Origin: Octopus sinensis
Lineage: Eukaryota
Direction: 5' to 3'
DNA length: 64,000 bases
Assembly: GCF_006345805.1 (NCBI RefSeq)
Contig: NC_043024.1
Location: forward strand, 11,780,001-11,844,000
Shown: positions 1 to 12,020 of the stretch, one piece after another
Layout: every line of letters begins with the position of its first letter
How positions within the stretch are numbered: position 1 is the stretch's first letter
The notes under the pieces: model-generated
Told to the model about the DNA's origin: nothing
Databases searched by the model: none
Seen by the model: only the letters and a program-made list of their open reading frames with translations
Position numbers and translations under genes: made by a program

Positions 1-640
1 TAACTGGACAAGAAACAATAAATCATTTATCTCTAGCTGCCAGTCCTGGCTAAGAAGGAATATATTCACAGACATGACAGAGTTGAACCTACATACATTG
101 GAAGCTATGCCAACATTATGGAATAACAACAGAAAAAAGATGGTATAGGCACACACCAGAAAAGGTCACAGAAAACGAGAAGCAACCATACTCTGGGATA
201 TGCCGATACACACAGATAGAGAAATTAAGGCCAACAGGCCGATATAGTTGTCAGAGATCATGAAGAAAAAATTCTTTCTAATTGATGTATCAATACCGGC
301 AGATGACAACGTGTCTCTAAGAGAAATGGAGACACTCACAAAATACAAAGACCTGGAAATAGAGGTAACCAGATGTGGAATCTGAAAAAGAAACAATTCT
401 ATCATAGTAGGTGCATTAGGCATGATAAAAAAATATTCAGACAAATACATAACAAAAACACCAGGACTTACAACACATATAACATACAGAAAATTTCACT
501 ACTAGCACTGCACACATCCTACGCAGAACACTTTCCATACAATAACCATCAGAGCATCACAACAAATCACAACACATACCCCAGGCACACAGAGCTGCGC
601 TCGGTAGTGAAGTGAAAGCACGCTATAAAAATAAAACTAC
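1..640 (+). mobile_element. 3' end of an R4/Dong-like non-LTR retrotransposon (restriction-like endonuclease domain), frameshifted
   Basis: Translation across small frameshifts gives ...HWKLCQHYGI...WYRHTPEKVTENEKATILWDMPIHTDREIKANRPDIVV...IDVSIP...KYKDLEIEVTRMWNLK...IIVGALG...LRRTLSIQ* (stop 543-545), the PD-(D/E)xK RLE signature. A (TAA)n tail follows at 641-695. Confidence 0.8.
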
Positions 641-695
641 TGAATAATAATAATAATATATAATAATAATAATAAAAAATAATAATAATAATAAT

Positions 696-770
696 CAGAA
701 CGTAACGGCAGACGAAATACCGCTAGGCATTTCGCCCGGCGTGCTAACGATTCTGCCAGCTCGCCGCCTT
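696..770 (-). mobile_element. SINE family A head fragment
   Basis: Reverse complement of aggcggcgagctggcagaatcgttagcacgccgggcgaaatg...gttacgttctg. Confidence 0.75.
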
Positions 771-855
771 CCTTTCTACTAAAGGCAAAGGGCCTGAAAT
801 TTTGGAGGAGGGGCAAACCGATTACATCAACCCCAGTAGTCGTCTTAATAATAAC

Positions 856-892
<37 letters not shown>

Positions 893-907
893 TAATAATA
901 TAATAAC

Positions 908-1455
908 TACCCTGATGCAGTACCAGGCAGTGGCTCTCATGGCTTCTGATCTTAACTGATTGGAAGTGTTATCATGTACATTGTTTTTGTCTTGGTATAA
1001 AAGATGGGCTACAGCAAATATTCTGCTCAATACCACAGATTTGCTTGTCAGTTGTTGACCTTAACCAGTTGAGCATGTCCTTAGTGGCTGACGATATGTG
1101 CATCTCTGATCACGAGCAGATAGTGGGGGAGCATCATAGCCATGTGTTGAGAGGGATTCTTTAGGGTTTAATAGTTCACCTCTGGAAACATGGGTGGTTC
1201 TTTCAACATCCTAACACCCTTATTCAGGGACCGTTTGAGCGGGATGGGCTACTCAACCTGAAGAAAATTCTAACTGGCCCCACCTGCAAGGTCATGTGCT
1301 GTTTATCTTGATATGAGATCACCATGTCGCGCACATATGGTTGTGATGCATGTGCCTGGTGTACCTTTATCAGACGGGTAGTCATGATGGGTATATTGGG
1401 CTTCGTATATTTTACCCCAGTGTCACTTTGATGGCATGAACTGCTCTCTCACTCA
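908..1455. mobile_element. ~550-bp non-coding element bracketed by (TAA)n tracts
   Basis: Higher-GC block with sharp edges between the TAA tracts at 845-907 and 1456-1490. No ORF. Repeat status is inferred. Confidence 0.4.
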
Positions 1456-2042
1456 ATAATAATAATAATAATAAAAATAAAAATAATAGTAATGATGATT
1501 TCTTTTACTACGAAGAGGGGCATGGATGAGGTGGGGACATAAGAGCAACGGTGATTACAATAATAATGATTACAATAAAAGGCTTGGTAATGTGCCCTCA
1601 GTGGGTCTTACGCTAAGGGGCAACAAAAAACCCGTTAGTACATACAACATACAGGAAAAGTGCACTTTGTGCATAGATGGTGTGGTATATGGCAAGTAGG
1701 AGAAGGATTCCAAGCAAAGGTGGTGGTGGTGGTCGTGGTTTGGAAACTACCCTGAATAGAAAATACGTAAGAACTTCAGGCAGTGTTTATAACTAATCGG
1801 CGGTTAATTGCGTTTGTTGAGGAGGGAATTTGTCACCAGTTGTGATTATGGCGTTGGTGTTGCGCAAGCGAAGTCTGCGCCACCGTGCAGGAGGTTGGTG
1901 GAAGGTGCCGCGTCGATGATCCATGGTTGATTATAAGTTTGACTCCCTCGTAACAGTGTCTATGTATGCATCTATGCATACGTATGTATGTATGTATGTA
2001 TGTATGTATGTATGGATGGATGGATGGATAGGTGGATGGCTT

Positions 2043-3567
2043 TAAAGCGGTGAGCTGGCAGAAACGTTAGCACGCCGGGCGAAATGCTTAGCGGTATTTC
2101 GTCTGCCGCTACGCTCTGAGTTCAAATTCCGCCGAGGTCGACTTTGCCTTCCATCCTTTCGGGGTCGATAAATTAAGTACCAGTTACGCACTGGGGTCGA
2201 TATAATCGACTTAATCCGCCTGTCTGTCCTTGTTTGTCCTCCCTGTGTTTAGCCCCTTGTGGGTAGTAAAGAAATAGGTATTTCGTCTACCCTTACGTTC
2301 TGAGTTCAAATTCCGCTGAGGTCGACTTTGCCTTTCATCCTTTCGGGGTCGATAAATTAAGTACCAGTTACGTACTGGGGTCGATATAATCGACTTAATC
2401 CGCCTGTCTGTCCTTGTTTGTCCTCTCTGTGTTTAGCCCCTTGTGGGTAGTAAAGAAATAGGTATTTCGTCTACCGTTACGTTCTGAGTTCAAATTCCGC
2501 TGAGGTGGAATTTGCCTTTCATCCTTTCGGGGTCGATAAATTAAGTACCAGTTATGCACTGGGGTCGATATAATCGACTTAATCCGCCTGTCTGTCCTTG
2601 TTTGTCCTCTCTGTGTTTAGCCCCTTGTGGGTAGTAAAGAAATAGGTATTTCGTCTATCGTTACGTTCTGAGTTCAAATTCCGCTGAGGTCGACTTCGCC
2701 TTTCATCCTTTCGGGGTCGATAAATTAAGTACGAGTTACGCACTGGGGTCGATATAATCGACGTAATCCGTTTGTCTGTCCTTGTTTGTCCTCTCTGTGT
2801 TTAGCACCTTGTGGGTAGTAAAGAAATAGGTATTTCGTCTGTCTTTACGTTCTGTGTTCAAATTCCGCCGAGGTCGAATTTGCCTTTCATACTTTCGGGG
2901 TCGATAAATTAAGCACCAGTTACGCACTGGGGTAGATCTAATCGACGTAATCCGTTTGTCTGTCCTTGTTTGTCCTCTCTGTGTTTAGCCCCTTGTGGGT
3001 AGTAAAGAAATAGGTATTTCGTCTGCCGTTATGTTCTGAGTTCAAATTCCGCCGAGGTCGACTTTGCCTTTCATCCTTTCGGGGGTTGATAAATTAAGTA
3101 CCAGTTACGCACTGGGGTCGATATAATCGACTTAATCCGTTTGTCTGTCCTTGTTTGTCCTCTCTGTGTTTAGCCCCTTGTGGGTAGTAAAGAAATAGGT
3201 ATTTCGTCTGTCTTTACGTTCTGAGTTCAAATTCCGCCGAGGTCGACTTTGCCTTTCATCCTTTCGGGGGTCGATAAATTAAGTACCAGTTACGCACTGG
3301 GGTTGATATAATTGACTTAATCCGTTTGTCTGTCCTTGTTTGTCCTCTCTGTGTTTAGCCCCTTGTGGGTAATAAAGAAATAGGTATTTCGTCTACCGTT
3401 ACGTTCTGAGTTCAAATTCCGCTGAGGTCAACTTTGCCTTTCATCCTTTCGGGGTCGATAAATTAAGTACCAGTTACGCACTGGGGTCGATATAATCGAC
3501 TTAATCCGTTTGTCTGTCCTTGTTTGTCCTCTCTGTGTTTAGCCCCTTGTGGGTAGTAAAGAAATAG
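2043..3567 (+). mobile_element. SINE family A multimer: tRNA-like head plus 8 tandem 184-185-bp bodies
   Basis: Head gcggtgagctggcagaaacgttagc. Units restart at gtatttcgtct at 2094, 2278, 2462, 2646, 2830, 3014, 3199 and 3384. B-box-like gttcaaattcc is in every unit. Confidence 0.9.
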
Positions 3568-3707
3568 GAGACAAGTAAAAGAATAAAAGAATAAAAGAAT
3601 AAAAGAATAAATGAATAAAAGAATAAAAGAATAAGAGAATAAGAGAATAGTGTTACAACCTTGGGCTTCAGTTTTGCGTCTTACTTGATTTTGATTTTCT
3701 TTTCTAG

Positions 3708-3900
3708 ACTTCCCGATTACTGTCGATCATTCCACCGAAGGGTTTCCGAAGGCCAACGAGACGAGGGCGCCACCGTCGTAATGGAATGAACGCAGCCTGC
3801 TTAACAAAAGGAATGTTTCTTGGCGAATGCAGCAGCACACAAATATATTTGTAAACCACATCTTCTGCTTTTCTGATAAATAAAATGTCTGCCAACTTAA
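3708..3900 (+). other. Candidate 3'-terminal exon of an upstream gene (frame unknown)
   Basis: Acceptor ttgattttgattttcttttctAG (3707), non-repetitive GC-richer sequence, all three frames closing within 150 nt, AATAAA at 3879-3884 and a GT/T-rich tract at 3901-3922. Confidence 0.4.
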
Positions 3901-3926
3901 TTATTTGTTGTTTGGTTTGATTAGTT

Positions 3927-4095
3927 TGAGGAGTGGCTGTGTGGTAAGTAGCTACTTTACCAACCACATGGTTCCGAGTTCAGTCCCACTGCGTGGCACC
4001 TTGGGCAAGTGTCTTCTGCTAAGCCTCGGCCGACAAAGCCTTGTGAGTGGATTTGTAAACGGAAACTGAAAGAAGCCCGTCATATATATATATAT

Positions 4096-4134
<39 letters not shown>

Positions 4135-4770
4135 CGCAGGAGTGGCTGTGTGGTAAGTAGCTTGCTTACCAACCACATGGTTCCGGTTCAGTCCCACTGC
4201 GTGCACCTTTGGGCAAGTGTCTTCTGCTATACCTCGGGCGACCAAAGCCTGGTTAGTGGATTTGGTAAACGGAAACTGAAAGAAGCCGCTGTGTGGTAAG
4301 TAGCTTGCTTACCAACCTAACCACATGTTCCGGGTTCAGTCCCTGCGTGGGACCTTGGGCAAGTGTCTTCTACTATGCCTCTCGGGCCGACCAAAGCCTG
4401 TGAGTGGATTGGTAAACGGAAACTGAAAGAAGCCCGCTGTGTGGTAAGTAGCTTGCTTACCAACCACATGGTTCCGGGTTCAGTCCCGCTGCGTGGCACC
4501 TTGGGCAAGTGTCTTCTATTATAGCCTCGGGCCGACCAAAGCCTTGTTAGTGGATTTGGTAAACGGAAACTGAAAGAAGCCCGCTGTGTGGTAAGTAGCT
4601 TGCTTACCAACCACATGGTTCCGGGTTCAGTCCCACTGCGTGGCACCTTGCGCAAGTGTCTTCTACTATAGCATCGGGCCGACCAAAGCCTTGTTAGTGG
4701 ATTTGGTAAACGGAAACTGAAAGAAGCCCGCTGTGTGCTAAGTAGCTAGTTTACCAACTACTATAGCCTC
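3927..4770 (+). mobile_element. SINE family B cluster (tRNA-like head, CORE-like segment) with tandem ~132-bp reiterations
   Basis: Repeated ctgtgtggtaagtagcttgcttaccaaccacatggttccgggttcagtccc...gcaccttgggcaagtgtctt...gaaagaagcccg units. The ccttgggcaagt segment resembles the MIR/CORE domain. Confidence 0.85.
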
Positions 4771-4947
4771 GGAATTCCTAAAAACAAGATCCTGTGTAAG
4801 ATAGTTTGGGATTCTCTGTAAATGCACAAAACCCGTTTTAAGGGCTACAAACATTGTATTGTTGTTATTGGATTAGCGAAAACAATTATGAGAATGGAAC
4901 CAAGGGATAAGCCCCGCTTTTCCAAGAATTATCGGGTACATCAGAAA

Positions 4948-4988
<41 letters not shown>

Positions 4989-5583
4989 TATATATATGAT
5001 GGGCTTCTTTCAATTTCCGTCTAACATATCACTCACAAGGTTTATAGTAGAAGACACTTACCTGGGATTGAACCCAGAACTAAGTGGTTGGGAAGCAAGT
5101 TTCTTACTGCACAGCCACACCTAAAATTAGTACATCGGGAGGTTTGATGGTGCTATTTGGTAGATCATAAAGGTCTGCTACCAAGAAAATAGCTTCACAT
5201 TTATTGGATAAAATTCATTAATTTTCACCTGTCGATTTCAAACATTACAAAGAAAGTAATCTATCACGTGCAATTTCTTCACAAAATCGATCATTGCATT
5301 TTACCATTATGTCCGAATCTGACTATTTAAAAAAAATTTTATTACTATTAATTGCTATATTTAAATAGGCTCTAACAGTAGAATTAACAGTCGTAGTTTT
5401 TGTAAAATAAGTATCTGGCAAGATTTAGACTGGCACTTCTCCGTATTTGTCTGATAGCCGTGTCTAACAAAGGAGCTTTATGTAACAGGCAAATGATTTT
5501 TCCGAATCCATATCTTGTGCGACAAAGTTACATATATATAAATACACGCATACATTATATGTTGAATTGTACAATGTATATAT

Positions 5584-5668
<85 letters not shown>

Positions 5669-5679
5669 CAATATATAAC

Positions 5680-6317
5680 AAATTAGAAAATGGAGAAAAC
5701 ATACTTAAATCAATCAAATATCAACCATCAGATGATACCCAATCAATACTTTATTACACCATTACATAACAGTAAAGGCATTATACAAAATATTAGTAAA
5801 TATAATTAGACAATGAAATAGACATATAAATATAAAAATATAATATATAATTATATCTATCTGACAGCTGTTTCGGCCGTAAGGGCAAGCATGCCTCATT
5901 TAACCTATAAGCCATATAAGGCAGGTATAAATGAGACATTAACAAGGATGCCCCACGGCCTCTTCAGAGAATTTCATTTATTATAAGTGTGAAAAAAATT
6001 TTTTTTATACATATAAATATAAAAATATAAAATATAAAAACGTGTGCATAGACACTCATAATACTACACACATATATATATATATACTCATTAATACAAT
6101 AATACAAAATAAACAAAACAAAATATATCAATATATATTAACAAACACAGTTATTCTACATATTGGGCTAATAGTTCTAAAAACTAACACACAGGAAAAT
6201 ATATGCACACTCACATTTAAATTAAAATCAGACCTATACATGAAAAATAATAAAAAAACACACAGTTCAGTTCATAAAATTATAAACCCGTAAAAGTCAA
6301 TAAAAATTACTATTAAT

Positions 6318-6379
<62 letters not shown>

Positions 6380-8200
6380 CAATTATGTCTGTACCAAGTA
6401 CATCCATCGGACATCGACATATCTATGAGTCTGATTATTCTGTCCGCTTGATATTGATTATTCTAGATTAATTCGATTGGCTTGTATTTAAAAATTTGAA
6501 TCACAAAAGAAATTTTGCGGTAGTTAGTCAAGAACGCCACATACGCACACGCACATCCACAGATCAATCGCACATACATACATAATTATATGTATACACA
6601 CCACATACACTCATACACATACATATCCACAACAACGTCAAACACATAATAAATAAATAATAAAAGAGGTATAATCCTAGCTATGCAGCCATCCAGCCTC
6701 TCAAAACGACAACCATGCCACTAAATTAACTAAAGAGATTCCACTCACATTTCCATAAAATATTTGTTATAAAGATATACATATATTTATATATCAAGAC
6801 ATCGAATGTAATTTTCGCAGGGTACATACAGCATGTGACACCGTTTTTTCTGTAGTCACATAACGTTTACTGATTTCACCGTAATTTGCTATAATCACAT
6901 GTACGCTAAGTTATAAAGTATAGATTAATTTTTTATAGTATAAATATAATCTTTTTCTACGTAATAAATCCAATGCCATTATAATATTAATATTTATCCA
7001 TCAAAGACCTAACCTACGAACTAATAGAATTACACTCAAATATACATGCCCATAATAGTACTCATGTATAGCAGCAGATATACACAAACGCACCGTCTAT
7101 TTTCATATGTGACTCGCGAGAAAACATTCATAGTACTTATATATAAATATACTTTTAAGCATCCGTGGACACATAGATAACAAATGTAATAATTAACAAA
7201 TTTGGCATTAAATAATATCAATGGGGGACTTACCAATACAATTGTATATAAGTAAATAACAGAAATTAAATTAATTATAAGTTAATAAATTGTAATACTT
7301 AAGTTTAAAATGTGATAAAATAAATAAGAAGAAATAATTAAAATTACATACATAGTATAAGTACAAACTAGTATACATGTATCAATATATTATTAAATAA
7401 AATAATTGATATGTATGTATATATCTACACTTAAATAAGTAAATAAATAAATAAATAAATAAGTAAATGACTAAATGAATAGAATATACCATAGAAAACA
7501 AATTCAGATAAATACATAGTACACCTAATATATAGTAATGCTAATATCATATATCCACATATGCATAAAAGAGTATATATGTAAATAAATAACATAAAAT
7601 AAAGTGAAGATATATATGAAGAAAGTACTTATATAAACTTAGTATACAGCTAATATTATGTAAATTTATACCTGTAGATAATGAGTAAAAAAATGAATAG
7701 ATGAATAACATAATGTACAAATCCAGAAGAGTACAAATATAGACTAAATATATAAGACTGCTAATATTTATAAAGCCAAATGTGAGTAAATGAATAGGTT
7801 TATTAATAAATAGCATAAGATACAAATTTAGGTGAGTACAAAGATACACTAAATATACAATATATAAGCCTGCCAAATAAAAACCTACAAAAACCCATAT
7901 TCTCAACCTAAACAAACAAACTCCCAAATAGACTCTCATATATTACATAATAGTATTAAAGTATCTAAAACCAGGTATCTAACTATGATATTCATACACA
8001 CTCTGTAATTTTAGAAAACTTCAAGAATCACATATTACAAAGCAATACCAAAATGAATATATTATTTCTTGGCGTAGTGTATTTCCCTATAAAACAAGAC
8101 AAAAAACTCACATAAAAAAACAATTAATACTGGACATATATATTTTTATACATGTTAGCTACAAAATTATATAAAATTATAAATTTATAAGTTGCATGTT
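5680..8200 (-). mobile_element. Heavily AT-decayed Penelope-like element remnant (tentative)
   Basis: Minus-strand order: weak RT-like AYVD at ~7550, Cys/Tyr pattern YICYLCVHGCLKVYLY reminiscent of GIY-YIG at ~7150, then the HHR at 5970-5860. Protein similarity is marginal. Confidence 0.35.
5860..5970 (-). ncRNA. Type I hammerhead ribozyme motif with long stem II
   Basis: Minus strand reads tct-CTGAAGA-ggccgtggggca...(nested hairpin)...tgcccttacggcc-GAAAC-agct-GTC-aga: intact core, GUC site, 3-bp stem I, 2-bp stem III with a palindromic AGCT loop. Confidence 0.75.
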
Positions 8201-8266
8201 TTAAAATTGTAGAAGACCACTAGTATAATTAGATACACACACAACACACCACACAACACACACCAC

Positions 8267-8374
<108 letters not shown>

Positions 8375-8468
8375 TATATATATATAATATATGTGTATGT
8401 ATGCATGGGTGTGTATACACACACACACGCACACACACGCACACACACGCACACACACACATATATTC

Positions 8469-8528
8469 AAATAATCAGAAAATGGAGAAGACTTTTGATC
8501 AAAAGCTTCTTCAATTTTCTGATTATTT
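8469..8528. repeat. 60-bp imperfect palindrome
   Basis: aaataatcagaaaat-ggagaagacttttGA|TCaaaagcttcttca-attttctgattattt. Confidence 0.85.
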
Positions 8529-8696
8529 AAATTTGATTCCTGAAAAACTTTAGTTTATTCTGTTGTTACCTGTATCCTATGAGCATAGTGTGCCTGCATA
8601 GCCATGCCCAAAGGTACCATAGGTAATCGATACCGACAGTAAGAACGGATACTATTATCCCTGAGTTGGTTATCACAACCGCTAATTCTGCTTACC

Positions 8697-8939
8697 TGTA
8701 TGTATATTTATGTATGTATGTATGTATGTATGTATGTATGTATGTATGTATGTATGTATGTATGTATGTATGTATGTACGTACGTACGTATGTATGTATG
8801 TATGTATTTATGTATGTATTTATGTGTATATATGTATGTGTATATATATAGATATATAATATATATATTATATATATATATATACATATATGTATGCATT
8901 ATATATATATATATCTGTATATGTATATATAATATGATA

Positions 8940-8972
<33 letters not shown>

Positions 8973-9046
8973 ATATATATGTGTGTGCGTCTGTGTGTAT
9001 ATATAAATGTTGTGCGTGTGTGTGTTATATAAATATGTGCGTGTAT

Positions 9047-9109
<63 letters not shown>

Positions 9110-9123
9110 ATATATATTATATA
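8697..9123. repeat. (TATG)n/(TA)n compound microsatellite
   Basis: Direct reading. Confidence 0.95.
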
Positions 9124-9215
9124 TCGGGAAAGTTTACGAAAATAACAAAAGACGAAGGCAGGTGAGTACACAAACAAATGTATTAGTATAGCGCCCAGGA
9201 ATAGAAATAGAAAAG

Positions 9216-9253
9216 TCTTTTACGTTTCGAGCCTACGCTCTTCGACAGAAAGA
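9216..9253 (-). ncRNA. Minimal HHR-like motif (GAGC-gtag-GCTC family)
   Basis: tcttt-CTGTCGA-a-GAGC-gtag-GCTC-GAAAC-GTA-aaaga; core has A6 to T. Confidence 0.55.
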
Positions 9254-9649
9254 TACACAGAAAAAAACAAGGAGACATATATATTATATGTCTACGAGCA
9301 AAACGCCCTCTCCCCCGTCCAATGGACGGTGCTGAATCATATCTGCTGAATAAAATGTAATCGGTGTTTTCTTTTCATGAAAAAATAATTAAGCATGCCT
9401 TTATTTCAATAAAATTTTGGGTTTTGTTAAACGAAGTTAAGGCAAAAAAAAAAAAGAAAACTTCTTGAGAAACCAAATAGTCTTTCCTTCCTTCATGCCA
9501 AGTTTGACGAAAATATCTCTTTTGCATCTTACTTTTTTGGTCTCTTAAATATACTGCATTTTGTGGCATTATTTCAATCCAGCCGGCATTTTTTGCGCAA
9601 ACTGCACGTGCATTTTTCTCGCACATGCGTAGTATCGATCGCAACAGCT

Positions 9650-10335
9650 GATGCACTTGCGCGTACAAATGCACGTTCCTACGGCTTTATCGATCGCATT
9701 CTCACCTGGAATCGATTTTTGTAATTTTTTCAAGACTTATACATGCCCTGATACCGTCGGTATCTACATATCAAATTTGAGCGCAATCGGATGGAGGATA
9801 CCCGAGATCCTAGAAGACACACAGACAGACAGAACGGATTTTATATAATACTAGCAGTATCGCCCGGCGTTGCTCGGGTTTGTAAGGGAAATAACTATAT
9901 AAGCATTTTTAGAGAGTTACTTCCCTTATAGATGCCAATTCGGGCTTTCTTAGCCATTTCTGTTTTGGTGTCTTCAAGCCATGAAGTCGTTGTTCTAAAA
10001 GAACGCTGGTCTCCTTGACAACGCTTTACGACGTTGATTTCCTTACACTCCCTTCCCCACAGCTTCACGAGGGAGGGGAGAAGCAAACACAGGTGCAGGT
10101 GTTTGAGCGTGGACGCCAACTCCGCCGCCATCGACACACGAAAAATTATGCATTAAAATGGAATAAAAAATCGTAGACTCATCGTAGACGCGCGCTAATA
10201 GCCAGAAGGGCTCGATATGAATCACGACTATAAGATACCCGAATTTGGTTAAACTGCACCGCAAAATGTGGGAGGAGTTAGGAATCTAAATCGAAGGGGA
10301 CAAACACTCACACAACTACAGTTTTATATATATAT
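9650..10335 (-). mobile_element. Non-autonomous Helitron(s), two adjacent segments
   Basis: Minus-strand 3' end: hairpin cccgagcaacgccggg, cgatactg, CTAG|T at 9851-9854. The 5'-type segment (atataaaa...gtctgtctgt) of a second element abuts it at 9650-9848. Confidence 0.75.
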
Positions 10336-10385
<50 letters not shown>

Positions 10386-10404
10386 TATATATATATTTAT
10401 TTAT

Positions 10405-11700
10405 TCACTTTCTATGATCTTGAAGCCCTGCGGCTGCAGGCATGCTGGGGCACGCCACTGTAATCACCTTTCAATTGTCCAATTCTATAGGTTCGGCTTC
10501 TGATGAAAGAGGAGTCCGATACCGCTGACCACTTTTGAGTTTCCTGCCTTGATATTGGTTCGTCTGGGATCTTAGATAGTAAGAGGTCAAGTTGTTTCTT
10601 GAATACATCTACTCCCACTACATGGAGATCCCTCAGATGTTTTGGCAAGGAGTTAAATAGCTGTGTGTCCATGAAACCCAAGCTATTGCAGCACTTGGTC
10701 CTCGCCCTAGATGAGACAGCTGGGACCTTTAGAACAGTGCAGTAACGTCCATTTCGAGGTCTGGTATAACTCTCAAGTCCAAAGTTTGGTGCCAGCCCCT
10801 CTGGTATCTTCCATACATATATAACTGCAAAGAGCGGCGAGCTGGCAGAAACGTTAGCATGCCGGGCGAAATGCGTAGCCATATTTCGTCTGCCGTTACG
10901 TTCTGAGTTCAAATTCCGCCGAGGTCGACTTTGCCTTTCATCCTTTCAGGGTCGATAAATTAAGTACCAGTTACGCACTGGGGTCGATATAATCGACATA
11001 ATCCGTTTGTCTGTCCTTGTTTGTCCCCTCTGTGTTTAGCCCCTTGTGGGCAGTAAAGAAATATATATAACTGCAAACCTGTCCCGTATTCGCTCCAGAG
11101 AGCAGAGTCGTAGATCCTTCAGTCTCTTCCAGTAGCTCAGCTGTTCCAATGATGCAATCTCCCTTGTCTAGTATCTCTGAACCGCTCAAGTTCTGCTATT
11201 AATCCTACACTATAAGGTGACCACCATTGAGAGCAGTAGTCCAGATGGTTGTGGACAAATGTTCTCCATAGGACCAGCATAGTTTCCTGGTCTCTTGTTC
11301 TGAAGGTTCTCAGAATCCATCCGGCCATTCGCCTGCACACTGCCACCATCTTGGTGACATGCATGTGGAACGAGGTATCGTTGCTCATATCAATCCCAAG
11401 ATCACGCACCGTTTGTGATTCTAGGATTTCCGCTCCTTTTGGTCCAAAGTATTGTTGTTGTGACTTCTGAGCACCAATTAGATGGTAGCGAAGGGCTTGG
11501 AATTTGCCTGCATCAGATTGCGTGTTGTTGCCCTCAGTCCATTGATATATGGCACCTAGGCCTTTCTGTAGAAGATTAGCATCAGAAGGTTCCTTGACAG
11601 CTTGTACTATTTTTGTGTCGTCGACATAGCTAGCAAGTGTGGATGTCTATGTAACTGATGGCATGTCTGAAACAGCCACCATGAACAGTAGTGGCCCCAA
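10405..11700 (-). mobile_element. CR1-group LINE, RT C-terminal part, degenerate
   Basis: Minus-strand SYVDDTKIV..., RDLGI..., LDYCSQWWSPY...ELER..., SLERIRDRFAVIYVWKI...QLFNSLPKHLR...FKKQLDLLL. Confidence 0.85.
10832..11062 (+). mobile_element. SINE family A monomer with 15-bp TSD
   Basis: atatataactgcaaa at 10817-10831 and 11063-11077. Removing the insert restores the LINE frame. Confidence 0.92.
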
Positions 11701-11744
11701 TTCAACTGAATCTTAGTTATTTCTATATATATTTATATGTAATC

Positions 11745-11921
11745 AGGCGCAGGAGTGGCTGTGTGGTAAGTAGCTTGCTAACCAACCACATGGTTCCGGG
11801 TTCAGTCCCACTGCGTGGCACCTCTGGCAAGTGTCTTCTACTATAGCCTCGGGCCGACCAAAGCCTTGTGAGTGAATTTGGTAGACGGAAACTGAAAGAA
11901 GCCCGTCGTATATATGTTATA

Positions 11922-11952
<31 letters not shown>

Positions 11953-11977
11953 GATATATATATATATTATTATATAT

Positions 11978-12020
<43 letters not shown>

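Noticed and set aside
1500-1965. GC-richer unique-looking segment
   Set aside because: No frame of convincing length with paired splice sites on either strand.
2043-3567. CRISPR-like or satellite-like regular arrays (also 30.8, 47.3 and 62.6 kb)
   Set aside because: Units are contiguous 158-185-bp SINE bodies with no unique spacers, and the context is eukaryotic with no cas genes.
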